A stretch of DNA of 32,000 nt from Ruminococcus albus 7 = DSM 20455 (GCF_000179635.2 NC_014833.1:750001-782000); one strand, 5' to 3'; shown: positions 1 to 7,818, counted from the stretch's first letter. Numbers and translations: made by a program. Notes: generated from the letters alone by a model not told the origin.

Positions 1-2
1 AA

Positions 3-740
3 TGTCCCGATGAGTTCACTATCGGGAAGAACAGGTTCCTGGGGTTATCTCCGCAGGGACTGGTACATAGTAAGTATATCCATCAGAATGTATACAGCTC
101 CGGATATTTCAGTCTGGCGAACGGTAGAACAGAAAATTTCCGCGAATGGGACAAGGGATTTGATATTTATGCCCCACAGACCTTTGAAGCCCCTGACGGC
201 AGAAGGATATTTATCGGCTGGGAAGGTATTGGTGATATACCTTACAGCAATCCGACTGTAGGATGCGGCTGGCAGCACTGCCTGACTCTTCCGCGGGAAC
301 TGACAGTAGATGATAATGGAGATATCCTTCAGAATCCTGTAAGGGAACTGGAGACTCTCCGAAGAAAAGAAAAAGAGATAAACAGCGGTGACAGTATACA
401 GACAATTCTTCCGTTTGAACTCAAAGGGCGTACAGATAAGGAATTCAAAGTCACTCTTGAAGGCATACTAACTCTGGAATACAAGAACGGTGAGGTCATG
501 CTTAGCTTTATTTCGGAAAATGCAGGCTGCGGAAGATATGTGAGGTATGCACAACTTGAAAGCTGCAGGGATATACGCCTGATAGCTGACACCTCATCGG
601 CGGAGGTGTATCTTAACGGCGGAAAGATCGTATTTTCAACCAGGATGTATCCGGAGGATACCGATATATCCCTTTTGGTGGAAGGTGTAAGCGGTTCGGT
701 GTATGAACTTGAGGGGATAGAGGTGATAAACGATGAATGA
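3..740 (+). CDS. Glycoside hydrolase family 32 (sucrose-6-phosphate hydrolase / beta-fructofuranosidase), C-terminal part; 5' end is outside the window
   Basis: Frame 3 is open from nt 3 to TGA at 738-740. My translation reads ...REWDKGFDIYAPQTFEAPDGRRIFIGWEGIGD...GWQHCLTLPRELTVDDNG..., matching conserved GH32 blocks (YAPQTF, R.I.IGW, LPREL). The ORF track shows only the Met-started tail 498..740. The stop overlaps the next gene's ATG (ATGAATGA). Confidence 0.85.
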   Translation, partial: CPDEFTIGKNRFLGLSPQGLVHSKYIHQNVYSSGYFSLANGRTENFREWDKGFDIYAPQTFEAPDGRRIFIGWEGIGDIPYSNPTVGCGWQHCLTLPRELTVDDNGDILQNPVRELETLRRKEKEINSGDSIQTILPFELKGRTDKEFKVTLEGILTLEYKNGEVMLSFISENAGCGRYVRYAQLESCRDIRLIADTSSAEVYLNGGKIVFSTRMYPEDTDISLLVEGVSGSVYELEGIEVINDE

Positions 741-1695
741 TGTGCTTGCTGCCATAGGTGAGGCACTTATAGACTTCATACCGGATAAGAGCGGCTGCGG
801 TTTCGGTGAGGTATCGGCGTTCTCACCGAAAATAGGCGGTGCGCCTGCAAATGTATGTGCAGCGTTCTCAAAGCTGGGCGGAAGGTCGAGGATGATAACT
901 CAGCTTGGTGATGATCCTTTCGGGCATAAGATAATAGATGAGCTCAACGCGGCTGATGTTGATACAAGCTGTATCACTCTTACAGACAAGGCAAACACAG
1001 CACTGGCTTTTGTATCACTTGATAAGGACGGCGGCAGGACATTCTCCTTTTACCGCAAACCCTCGGCAGATATGCTGCTTGATGAAGACGGCATAAAGGA
1101 GGATCACTTTGATGATGTTTTCGCACTTCATTTCTGCAGCGTGGATATCGGTGATTTTCCCATGAAGCGTGCTCACATCAAGGCTATAGATACAGTAAGG
1201 CGAAAAGGCGGCGTGATAAGCTTTGACCCGAATCTTCGCTTTGCCCTGTGGGACAGCAGGGAAGCTCTGAGATCGGCTGTAAGTGAGTTCATACCTCTGA
1301 GCGATATAGTAAAGATATCCGATGAGGAACTGGAGTTTGTGACAGGCTATGATGATGCGGATACAGGTATAAAGGCTATCCTTGCAGAAGGCGTGAAGCT
1401 TGTGCTGTATACCTGTGGAAGCAGGGGCGCTTACGCATTCACTGAAAATGCAAAGGTATACGCATCGTCGATCAATGTCAAGGCTGTTGATACAACAGGG
1501 GCGGGCGACGGATTTGCAGGTGCATTTCTTTGGAAATTAAAAGCTATGAGTTCGGGCGATGATCTGCTCGCACAGCTGACGGAGGATAAGCTGAAGGAAT
1601 GTCTGGAATTCGCAAACAGATTCTGTGCGCTGAGCGTTCAGCGTAAAGGTGCTATAGCATCCTATCCAACACTTGAAGAAATACCCGAGATATGA
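733..1695 (+). CDS. scrK: PfkB-family fructokinase
   Basis: 320-aa ORF with N-terminal GEALIDF...GGAPANV and C-terminal DTTGAGDGFAGAF, the PfkB sugar-kinase signatures. It overlaps the GH32 gene stop by 8 nt, giving a sucrose-utilisation context. Confidence 0.9.
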   Translation: MNDVLAAIGEALIDFIPDKSGCGFGEVSAFSPKIGGAPANVCAAFSKLGGRSRMITQLGDDPFGHKIIDELNAADVDTSCITLTDKANTALAFVSLDKDGGRTFSFYRKPSADMLLDEDGIKEDHFDDVFALHFCSVDIGDFPMKRAHIKAIDTVRRKGGVISFDPNLRFALWDSREALRSAVSEFIPLSDIVKISDEELEFVTGYDDADTGIKAILAEGVKLVLYTCGSRGAYAFTENAKVYASSINVKAVDTTGAGDGFAGAFLWKLKAMSSGDDLLAQLTEDKLKECLEFANRFCALSVQRKGAIASYPTLEEIPEI

Positions 1696-1709
1696 AAGGA
1701 AGATGAAGC

Positions 1710-1970
1710 ATGAAAGAATTCAGTTATACTATCAAGGATGAGATCGGTATCCATGCAAGACCTGCAGGAAATCTAGTAAAGCTGATAAAGAGCTTTATGA
1801 GTACTGTAACTATTGAAAAAGAAGGTAAAGAGCCGATAAACGGCACAGCACTCATGAAGCTGATGAGTCTTGGGGTCAAGCGCGGTGATACTGTCAGGTT
1901 CACTGTTGAAGGTGATGACGAAGATGCAGCAGTAAAGGGCATTGAAGAATTCATGAAAGAAAACCTTTAG
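1710..1970 (+). CDS. ptsH: PTS phosphocarrier protein HPr
   Basis: 86 aa with the GIHARPA motif placing His at residue 15, the LMSLG block and an acidic C-terminal helix. RBS GGAAGA lies upstream. Confidence 0.95.
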   Translation: MKEFSYTIKDEIGIHARPAGNLVKLIKSFMSTVTIEKEGKEPINGTALMKLMSLGVKRGDTVRFTVEGDDEDAAVKGIEEFMKENL

Positions 1971-1993
1971 TATGCGAAAGGTCGGTGAGAAAT

Positions 1994-3628
1994 ATGACAG
2001 TATATCATGGCAGGGGCGTTTACGGGGCTTACAGTATCGGCAGGATCAGGGTGTTCAGCAGAAGATCGGCAGAGGTACGCCGTGAAACTGTCAGCGATAC
2101 CGAAAAAGAGCTTGCCCGTGTGGAGGCTGCAAAGGCTTTGGCTGTAAGTCAGCTTGAAGAGATATACGAAAAGGCACTCAGAGAAGTCGGTGAAGTAAAT
2201 GCAGAGATATTCGGTATACACATAATGATGCTTGATGACGATGATTACAACGATTCCATAAAAAGCATGATCATGACCCAGCGGGTCAATGCTGAATATG
2301 CAGTTGCTGTTACATCGGATAACTTTGCACAGATGTTTGCTTCTATGGATGACGCATATATGCAGGCGCGTTCGGCGGATATAAAGGATATTTCCGACAG
2401 GCTGATCCTGTGCCTTTCGGGTGGTGGAGCGAATAATAATGATCCGTCCGAAAAATATGTGATATGTGCGGATGACCTTGCACCCAGCGAAACTGTATCT
2501 CTTGACAAAGATAAGGTACTGGCATTTGTTACAGCCTTCGGATCTCCGAATTCTCACACGGCTATACTGGCACGAAGCATGAACATACCTGCCGTTATAG
2601 GTGTGGGCGAATCTTTTCTTGATGCTATCTGCGACGGAGATACGGTGATAGTTGACGGCCATACCGGGGATATAATAGTATCTCCCGATGAAGCGACTAT
2701 AACGGAGTATACCCGCAGGCTGGCAGATGACGAAAAGAAAAAACAGCTTTTGCAGGAACTCAAAGGCAAGGAGAATATCACCATTGACGGCAGAAGAATA
2801 AATATATTCGCGAATATCGGCGGCACAGAGAATATAGGTTCTGTACTTGCCAACGATGCGGGTGGGATAGGGTTGTTCAGGAGTGAATTTCTCTACCTTG
2901 AAAAAGATGGATTCCCGACGGAGGAACAGCAGTTTGCGGCTTATCGTAAGGTGCTTGAAAGCATGGCAGGCAGGAAGGTCATAATCCGTACACTCGATAT
3001 CGGAGCTGACAAGCAGATCGACTATTTTGGTCTGGATAAAGAGGATAATCCGGCTCTGGGTCTTCGTGCTATCCGTATATGTCTTACCCGTCACGAAATA
3101 TTCAGAACTCAGCTGAGAGCGTTGTTCAGAGCATCTGCTTTCGGTGAGCTTGGCATAATGTTCCCGATGATAACAAGTACGGCTGAAGTGGAAAAATGTT
3201 TGTCAATGTGTAGCTCGGTCAAGGACGAACTGAAAAGTGAGGGTATCAGATACGATGAAAATACCGAGATAGGTATAATGATCGAAACTCCGGCTGCAGC
3301 AGTTATAAGCGATCAGCTGGCAACTATGGTGGATTTTTTCAGCGTAGGAACTAATGATCTGACACAGTATACCCTCGCCTGCGATCGTCAGAATGCCAAA
3401 CTGGATCCATTCATTGATACTCACCACAAGGCAGTGCTGCGCCTTATAGAGATGTCAGCGAAGAATGCTCATGAAAATGGTGTGTGGATAGGTATATGCG
3501 GAGAACTGGCTGCGGATCTGACGCTAACGGAAACGTTTTTGCGAATGGGTATTGACGAATTGTCGGTATCGCCTTCCTATGTGCTTCCGCTTCGTGAAAA
3601 GGTGAGAAGTCTGGATCTGAGAGACTGA
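1994..3628 (+). CDS. ptsI: PTS Enzyme I (phosphoenolpyruvate-protein phosphotransferase)
   Basis: Carries GSPNSHTAILARSMNIPAV (phospho-His region), GLFRSEFLY, RTLDIGADK and FSVGTNDLTQY blocks. The track starts at GTG 1985. I prefer ATG 1994, preceded by GGTGAG at a better spacing. The start is uncertain by 9 nt. Confidence 0.93.
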   Translation: MTVYHGRGVYGAYSIGRIRVFSRRSAEVRRETVSDTEKELARVEAAKALAVSQLEEIYEKALREVGEVNAEIFGIHIMMLDDDDYNDSIKSMIMTQRVNAEYAVAVTSDNFAQMFASMDDAYMQARSADIKDISDRLILCLSGGGANNNDPSEKYVICADDLAPSETVSLDKDKVLAFVTAFGSPNSHTAILARSMNIPAVIGVGESFLDAICDGDTVIVDGHTGDIIVSPDEATITEYTRRLADDEKKKQLLQELKGKENITIDGRRINIFANIGGTENIGSVLANDAGGIGLFRSEFLYLEKDGFPTEEQQFAAYRKVLESMAGRKVIIRTLDIGADKQIDYFGLDKEDNPALGLRAIRICLTRHEIFRTQLRALFRASAFGELGIMFPMITSTAEVEKCLSMCSSVKDELKSEGIRYDENTEIGIMIETPAAAVISDQLATMVDFFSVGTNDLTQYTLACDRQNAKLDPFIDTHHKAVLRLIEMSAKNAHENGVWIGICGELAADLTLTETFLRMGIDELSVSPSYVLPLREKVRSLDLRD

Positions 3629-3883
3629 TGTTAGTCGGACTTATTTCTTTGCGGAAGATATCTTTATTTCTGTTGTAAAATTTCCGTGAACAGAGTGCGC
3701 CCCGTTAAATTGTAATTGTTATGATACGATCACAGATCCATAATCATAATGATACAACTAAGAAAAAGTGGATAAAAGCAGCAGAAATATGCAAGTTTAT
3801 AAGCATATATGCACAATAATATCGCTTTGATTTCATATCTAGCTATGCAAGTATACAAATGAGGATTTTTTTGAAAAAAACTA

Positions 3884-3912
3884 TTGACAATCGCGTGAAA
3901 TTGGTGTATAAT
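3884..3912 (+). promoter_or_regulatory. Sigma-70/SigA-type promoter for the tRNA-Met/tRNA-Glu pair
   Basis: TTGACA (3884-3889), a 17-nt spacer, then TATAAT (3907-3912), about 30 nt upstream of the first tRNA. Confidence 0.6.
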
Positions 3913-3941
3913 AATTAAGTCGTTACGGGAGATAACCAAAC

Positions 3942-4018
3942 GGCGGTATAGCTCAGTTGGCTAGAGCACTTGGTTCATACCCAGGGTGTCACCGGTTCAA
4001 ATCCAGTTACCGCCACCA
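3942..4018 (+). tRNA. tRNA-Met (anticodon CAU), elongator type, CCA encoded
   Basis: Hand-folded cloverleaf: acceptor GGCGGTA/TACCGCC, D-arm GCTC-AGTTGGCTA-GAGC, anticodon stem CTTGG/CCAGG with loop TTCATAC, T-loop TTCAAAT (one C-A mismatch in the T stem), discriminator A plus CCA. G1-C72 pairing and no GGG/CCC anticodon stem argue against an initiator. Ile2 (lysidine) cannot be fully excluded. Confidence 0.88.
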
Positions 4019-4038
4019 CTTATCTCCCGTAAAAATAT

Positions 4039-4113
4039 GGCCCGTTGGTCAAGAGGTTAAGACGACGCCCTTTCACGGCGTAATCATGGGTTCAATTCCC
4101 GTACGGGTCACCA
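4039..4113 (+). tRNA. tRNA-Glu (anticodon UUC), CCA encoded; attachment site of the downstream IMEs
   Basis: Hand-folded: acceptor GGCCCGT/ACGGGTC, 3-bp D stem GTC/GAC, anticodon stem ACGCC/GGCGT with loop CTTTCAC, T arm ATGGG-TTCAATT-CCCGT, A plus CCA. Total 75 nt. Confidence 0.93.
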
Positions 4114-4174
4114 TTCAACGTTCTCGGAAACAGCGTAATATCGCCGTTTCCGAGTTTTTCTTTTATAGTGAAAA
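4091..4174 (+). repeat. attL of IME-1: tRNA-Glu 3' end (23 nt) plus downstream terminator; copy 1 of an ~84-bp direct repeat
   Basis: 4091-4113 (TTCAATTCCCGTACGGGTCACCA) is identical to 19607-19629. The repeat continues through the terminator to about 4174 / 19691 with 3 substitutions (4114 T/A, 4119 C/T, 4168 G/C). Confidence 0.85.
4123..4164 (+). terminator. Rho-independent terminator after tRNA-Glu (lies inside the att repeat)
   Basis: 9-bp stem CTCGGAAAC/GTTTCCGAG (4123-4131 / 4146-4154), 14-nt loop, then TTTTTCTTTT. Confidence 0.7.
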
Positions 4175-4181
4175 TCCGCTT

Positions 4182-4202
4182 TGTTCTTTATCTGTTCTTT
4201 AT
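4182..4202 (+). repeat. Direct repeat TGTTCTTTAT x2 (candidate integrase arm-type sites, left arm of IME-1)
   Basis: TGTTCTTTAT at 4182-4191 and 4193-4202. The same pair recurs near the right end at 19469-19489 in the same orientation. Confidence 0.45.
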
Positions 4203-4231
4203 TTTGAAAATGCGGAGGTCTGAGCCGTAGG

Positions 4232-5422
4232 TCAAGCACCTTTCGGCTCTTTTTTCTTGCCTGAGAAATCGAGTGCCGAGCTGACAGCATCGGAGACTTT
4301 CGCTCTGGATTCTTCCAACATATGACAATAAATATTACTTGTTGTAGAAACCGTCGAATGTCCTAACGCTCCCGAAACGGTCACGATGTCCACTCCCTGA
4401 TTGACGAGGAGTGAAGCGAACAAGTGACGGAAGCTGTGCAAGCCGTAGAACGGAAGGTCGTGCTTCTCGCAAAACTCACCGAGCCAGAAATAAGGAGTGC
4501 CGTTCTGCATAGGTTCGCCGTTCCATTTGACATACAGACGGTCTGTTTCCACCCACTTGTCACCGCATTTGAGCGCCTGCTCGTCCTGTTCTGCCTTGTA
4601 CTCCCTCAGCATATCCATGATCGCCTGCGGAAATTTCAGCGTTCTCTGCGACTTGCGTGTTTTGGTTGTGTCGGTGTAAACGCCTTTCTTCGCCGTGTAG
4701 TTGCTTGTGCGGCGGACGCTGATGATGTTGTTCTCAAAATCCACATCTTTCCATTCAAGTCCCAGCATCTCGCCACGTCTGAAACCGCTGTATATCATCA
4801 AGTTAAAGAAAGTGCGGTACTTCAAGGGTTCATCGTTCAGCAGAGAAAGAAATCTCTGTACCTGTTCGGGCGTATAGATCTTCTTTTCCGTCTGTTCGTT
4901 CTTGGGGAGCGTGACCTTTGCACAGGGATTGTCGCTGATTACACCCATTTTCACGCCATAAGCGAACACATCGGACACGAAGCTGAGGTTATGCCTTATC
5001 GTCTTAGGGGCGAGTGGCTTGCCCGTGCGCTCGTTTGCACCCTCTTTCGAGAGCGAGTTCACGAAAGCCTGAATCTGTCTCGGCGTGATCTTGTCCATTC
5101 GGAGATGACCGATAGCGGCATACACCCTCTTGCGGAGTTGAAGCATACGTTCATATGTTGTGTTGCGGAGATTTGGCTTTGCATACTCCTCAAACCACTG
5201 TTCAGCAAACACCTCAAACTTGATAGCCTTGCTCTGATAGCCCTTGTTGCAGGCTTCCTCAAACATGACCGCCTGACGGTTCAGCTCTTTTTCGATCTGC
5301 TTTGCTGTCATTTTCGGCTCGGGTTTCCACGTCATGGACCGGATCACCTGCTTGCCTTTGCTGTCGTAGCCACAGCTAACCCTGATAGAGTAGCTGTCGC
5401 CACGTTTCTGAATAGTTGCCAT
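4232..5422 (-). CDS. int: Tyrosine recombinase / phage-type integrase of IME-1
   Basis: Catalytic blocks ...SGFRRGEMLGL..., HSFRHLFASLL and GHSTVSTTSNIYCH (R, H-x-x-R, Y). I start at ATG 5422 (MATIQKRGDSY..., RBS GAGGAGG), by analogy with the IME-2 integrase (MATIKKRGDSY...), not at the track's 5464. Confidence 0.93.
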   Translation of the reverse strand: MATIQKRGDSYSIRVSCGYDSKGKQVIRSMTWKPEPKMTAKQIEKELNRQAVMFEEACNKGYQSKAIKFEVFAEQWFEEYAKPNLRNTTYERMLQLRKRVYAAIGHLRMDKITPRQIQAFVNSLSKEGANERTGKPLAPKTIRHNLSFVSDVFAYGVKMGVISDNPCAKVTLPKNEQTEKKIYTPEQVQRFLSLLNDEPLKYRTFFNLMIYSGFRRGEMLGLEWKDVDFENNIISVRRTSNYTAKKGVYTDTTKTRKSQRTLKFPQAIMDMLREYKAEQDEQALKCGDKWVETDRLYVKWNGEPMQNGTPYFWLGEFCEKHDLPFYGLHSFRHLFASLLVNQGVDIVTVSGALGHSTVSTTSNIYCHMLEESRAKVSDAVSSALDFSGKKKEPKGA

Positions 5423-5469
5423 AATATGTACCTCCTCGGTAAATATCACAGCGTACCTTTTCAATACAT

Positions 5470-5498
5470 ATTGTAGCGCAATATATCGGCGTTGTCAA
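5470..5498 (-). promoter_or_regulatory. Candidate integrase promoter (P_int, IME-1)
   Basis: On the minus strand: TTGACA (5498-5493), 17-nt spacer, TACAAT (5475-5470). It is bracketed by a perfect 12-bp inverted repeat at 5448-5459 / 5497-5508. Confidence 0.5.
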
Positions 5499-5536
5499 GG
5501 TACGCTGTAACATTTTTTCTCTTGTTCTATCTTGTG

Positions 5537-6982
5537 TTATTCAAGTCCCCACGATTTTTTCTTTTTAGTGGGCTGGTATTCTATCTGTTGTGCCTGCTCT
5601 CGCTGACGCTGTTCTTTTTCTTCCTGCACCAACGCTTTCGCCTGTCTGAGAATATCGGGTGCTATCCTTTCAAGCATTGAATACACCTCGCTGTATCTCC
5701 TGTTTTCGGACTTGACCGTTTTCAACTCGGAAGAAAGACCCGAATTTTCTTTTCTGACAGCATTCAGCTTCTCACGAGCTTCATCACGCTCGGCGATAAA
5801 CTCATCACCACGCTTGTGCAGACTGAAAATGGTGCGGTCTGCTTTGCGCTGCCTCTCCATAGCTGTTTTCGTAAGGCTCTTCAAAGTGTCTATCCAACTG
5901 AGGATAGAATCCTTGTTCCTGAGTATTGACATACCGCTTTTCAGCAGTTTGTCGAGTTCCGATACGGCGACAAGATATTCGTGTTCATCATCAAAGTTTT
6001 TCTCCATATCAGGAAGATAGGTCAATGCCTTATTGACCTGCTCGATCTTTTGTGACAGCTTGGCATCTGCCTTTTCGGTTTCTTCTGTCACCGAGGACAG
6101 CTTTTCCTCGCTTTCGGAAATATCTTTCTTTGTGTCTTCCAGCGTGCTTTCAGCCGACTTCACTTTGTCCTCCACGGCACTCAGTTCGGACAGCTTCATA
6201 TCTATCAGCTTGTCGGCTGCGTCAAGTTCCTCCTGACGCTTTTTCAGCTTGAATTCTTTCAGCGGCAGACCCTCTTTTGCTTCTTCCAGCTTCACCCATT
6301 CGATACCACGTTCCAGCATTAGCTGACCGATGTGAACCTTCTCCTGTTCGAGCCAGTCTATCGTGATCGTCCTGCTGATACCTTTGCTCTCACAGCCCTG
6401 CTGACGTAAAGCACCCGTCAGAGAGTTTCGGACACGCATTCCGTTCTTTCTTTTCTCGTCGGTCACAGGCACAAAGTCAAGGTGCAGGTGGGGCGTGCTT
6501 TCGTCCATGTGTATCACGGCATTGAACAACTTCAAATGGGGATTTCTCTCCTCAAATGAACGGGCATATTCTTCCAGAACAGCCGCCGCTTCTTTGCACA
6601 TTTCGGAGTCCACACCCGTATCATCACGGTTGCCGACCTGGAACAGAACTTCATAGAATTCTTTCTCCTGTCGGCTGTGACGGATATGCTCCTGATAGTT
6701 TGCAATTTTCCTGTCACGCCTTGTCTGTCTTGCGTTGAATTCTTCCAGCGCTTCATCGAACAGATCGTGATAGAGTTGTTTGAGAGAACGCTGACAAATT
6801 ATTATGTCATCGGCGATTTTTTCTTTATCTACATTCGCCGTGATTATCGAGCGGTTGTTGTGGTTCAGATCACCCTTGCCGATACAGCCGCTCAGGGTTC
6901 TTTTTACGATAATATCATCTCCTAAATCATTGATACCGCACAGCGGTAAAAGGCTATTCGCCAACTGCCGACGGAGCGGCAT
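5537..6982 (-). CDS. mob: MobV/Pre-family relaxase (plasmid recombination enzyme type), long coiled-coil C-terminus
   Basis: Has the HMDESTPHLHLDFVPV (HxDE..PHxH) motif and N-terminal GKGDLNHNNR. The start is uncertain. The track ORF reaches 7069 but would then cover the oriT-like region. ATG 6982 has no RBS. Alignment to the IME-2 relaxase plus an AGGAGA at 6923-6918 suggests a non-canonical ATT/ATC start near 6913-6908. Confidence 0.88.
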   Translation of the reverse strand: MPLRRQLANSLLPLCGINDLGDDIIVKRTLSGCIGKGDLNHNNRSIITANVDKEKIADDIIICQRSLKQLYHDLFDEALEEFNARQTRRDRKIANYQEHIRHSRQEKEFYEVLFQVGNRDDTGVDSEMCKEAAAVLEEYARSFEERNPHLKLFNAVIHMDESTPHLHLDFVPVTDEKRKNGMRVRNSLTGALRQQGCESKGISRTITIDWLEQEKVHIGQLMLERGIEWVKLEEAKEGLPLKEFKLKKRQEELDAADKLIDMKLSELSAVEDKVKSAESTLEDTKKDISESEEKLSSVTEETEKADAKLSQKIEQVNKALTYLPDMEKNFDDEHEYLVAVSELDKLLKSGMSILRNKDSILSWIDTLKSLTKTAMERQRKADRTIFSLHKRGDEFIAERDEAREKLNAVRKENSGLSSELKTVKSENRRYSEVYSMLERIAPDILRQAKALVQEEKEQRQREQAQQIEYQPTKKKKSWGLE

Positions 6983-7143
6983 ATATATTGAAGCCTGCAC
7001 AGCAGGCAATCGGTGCGCAGCACCGAAAAATTCGGCAGGAGCCGAATTTGCTTCTGTTACTCTTGGCAAGAGTAACGCAAAGACACTTCCGACAGCCGAG
7101 CGACCGTCTATCAGAAGTGTCTATTGCGCCCTGCGGGGCTGAA

Positions 7144-7170
7144 CGGCTGACAAAGCAGCCGAAAATGTGG
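7144..7170. other. Candidate oriT core of IME-1 (hairpin plus conserved AAAATGTGG)
   Basis: CGGCTG-ACAAAG-CAGCCG hairpin (7144-7161) followed by AAAATGTGG. GCAGCCGAAAATGTGG is conserved at the same position upstream of the IME-2 relaxase (22507-22533). Confidence 0.45.
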
Positions 7171-7233
7171 ACACAGTAATGCGAAAAACGCATTACATAA
7201 ACTCAAAAAATGCGATCAGCAAAACTGCAAAAA

Positions 7234-7416
7234 TCAGAACGTCGGCTCTTCCTCAACACCAAAAGTTTCGAGGAGATGATCTATCTCTTTTCTGTAAGTC
7301 GTAAGCTCATAAGAATTGAGATAGAAAAACGAACGAGCAACAGCTTCACGCACATCAAGACCGCTTCTTTCTTCAAGGATAGAAGTCAGCGCTTTTACCT
7401 TTTCCATATCGACCAT
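7234..7416 (-). CDS. Small conserved IME backbone protein (60 aa), function unknown
   Basis: RBS GGAGGTG. The start lies 3 nt after the upstream HTH gene's stop. A positional homolog exists in IME-2 (22596-22769), sharing the ...RSGL..R(D/E)A.AR... core. Confidence 0.6.
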   Translation of the reverse strand: MVDMEKVKALTSILEERSGLDVREAVARSFFYLNSYELTTYRKEIDHLLETFGVEEEPTF

Positions 7417-7419
7417 ATC

Positions 7420-7716
7420 TCACACCTCCCTCCCGTTGAAATAGGCGATCAAGTCAGCCTTGTTCACAAGGATTTTTCCATTCCTGCCCTCGCCTGTGCG
7501 GACAGACTTCACCTTGCCCTGCTTCACAAGCTGACGGACGGTGTGTTCGGAGAGTCCGCTGATGAATGCGGCGCTCTCCTTGATAGTCAGCATCTCCACC
7601 TTGTCGGTAGTCGGTGCTTTGGTTGTCTGCGGAGCGGAGTTCTCTCCGTCCTCGGTGAGCTGAATGAGCAGCTCCAGAATGTTGTCTACGATTGCTTTTT
7701 TCTGTGTTGTAGTCAT
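7420..7716 (-). CDS. xis: Excisionase-family helix-turn-helix DNA-binding protein
   Basis: C-terminal ...MLTIKESAAFISGLSEHTVRQLVKQGKVKSVRTGEGRNGKILVNKADLIAYF matches the MerR-like excisionase HTH pattern. A close paralog sits in IME-2. Confidence 0.72.
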   Translation of the reverse strand: MTTTQKKAIVDNILELLIQLTEDGENSAPQTTKAPTTDKVEMLTIKESAAFISGLSEHTVRQLVKQGKVKSVRTGEGRNGKILVNKADLIAYFNGREV

Positions 7717-7818
7717 AAATTAAACCTCTTTCTTTCTACGGTTTGTGTTTTATGGATTTTGGGATTTTTGCACCTTTTGCATCTCAAAAAGCCCAAAAGG
7801 TGCAAAAGACAGATTCCC

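Noticed and set aside
1967-3094. 375-aa minus-strand ORF
   Set aside because: It is fully antisense to ptsI, whose product has unmistakable Enzyme I motifs. The translation is low-complexity and Ile/Phe/Tyr-rich, with no RBS. It is a shadow ORF.
3957-4223. 88-aa ORF across the tRNA region, and the 92-aa ORF at 19593-19871
   Set aside because: They read through tRNA genes, the att repeat and the terminator hairpins. Their shared peptide segment (SRKQRNIAVSEFFFY) is just the translated att repeat.
4424-5476. 350-aa plus-strand ORF, plus similar antisense ORFs at 20496-20951, 7210-7872 and 22530-23150
   Set aside because: All lie antisense to clearly homologous backbone genes (integrases, xis, small ORFs). 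They have no recognisable motifs, and they recur only because the sense genes are paralogous.
7054-7076. Palindrome GTTACTCTTGGCAAGAGTAAC upstream of the IME-1 relaxase, considered as the oriT nick hairpin
   Set aside because: It is not conserved in IME-2, whereas the CGGCTG/CAGCCG hairpin plus AAAATGTGG is. I kept the latter as the oriT candidate. This palindrome may still be an accessory site, but I cannot support it.
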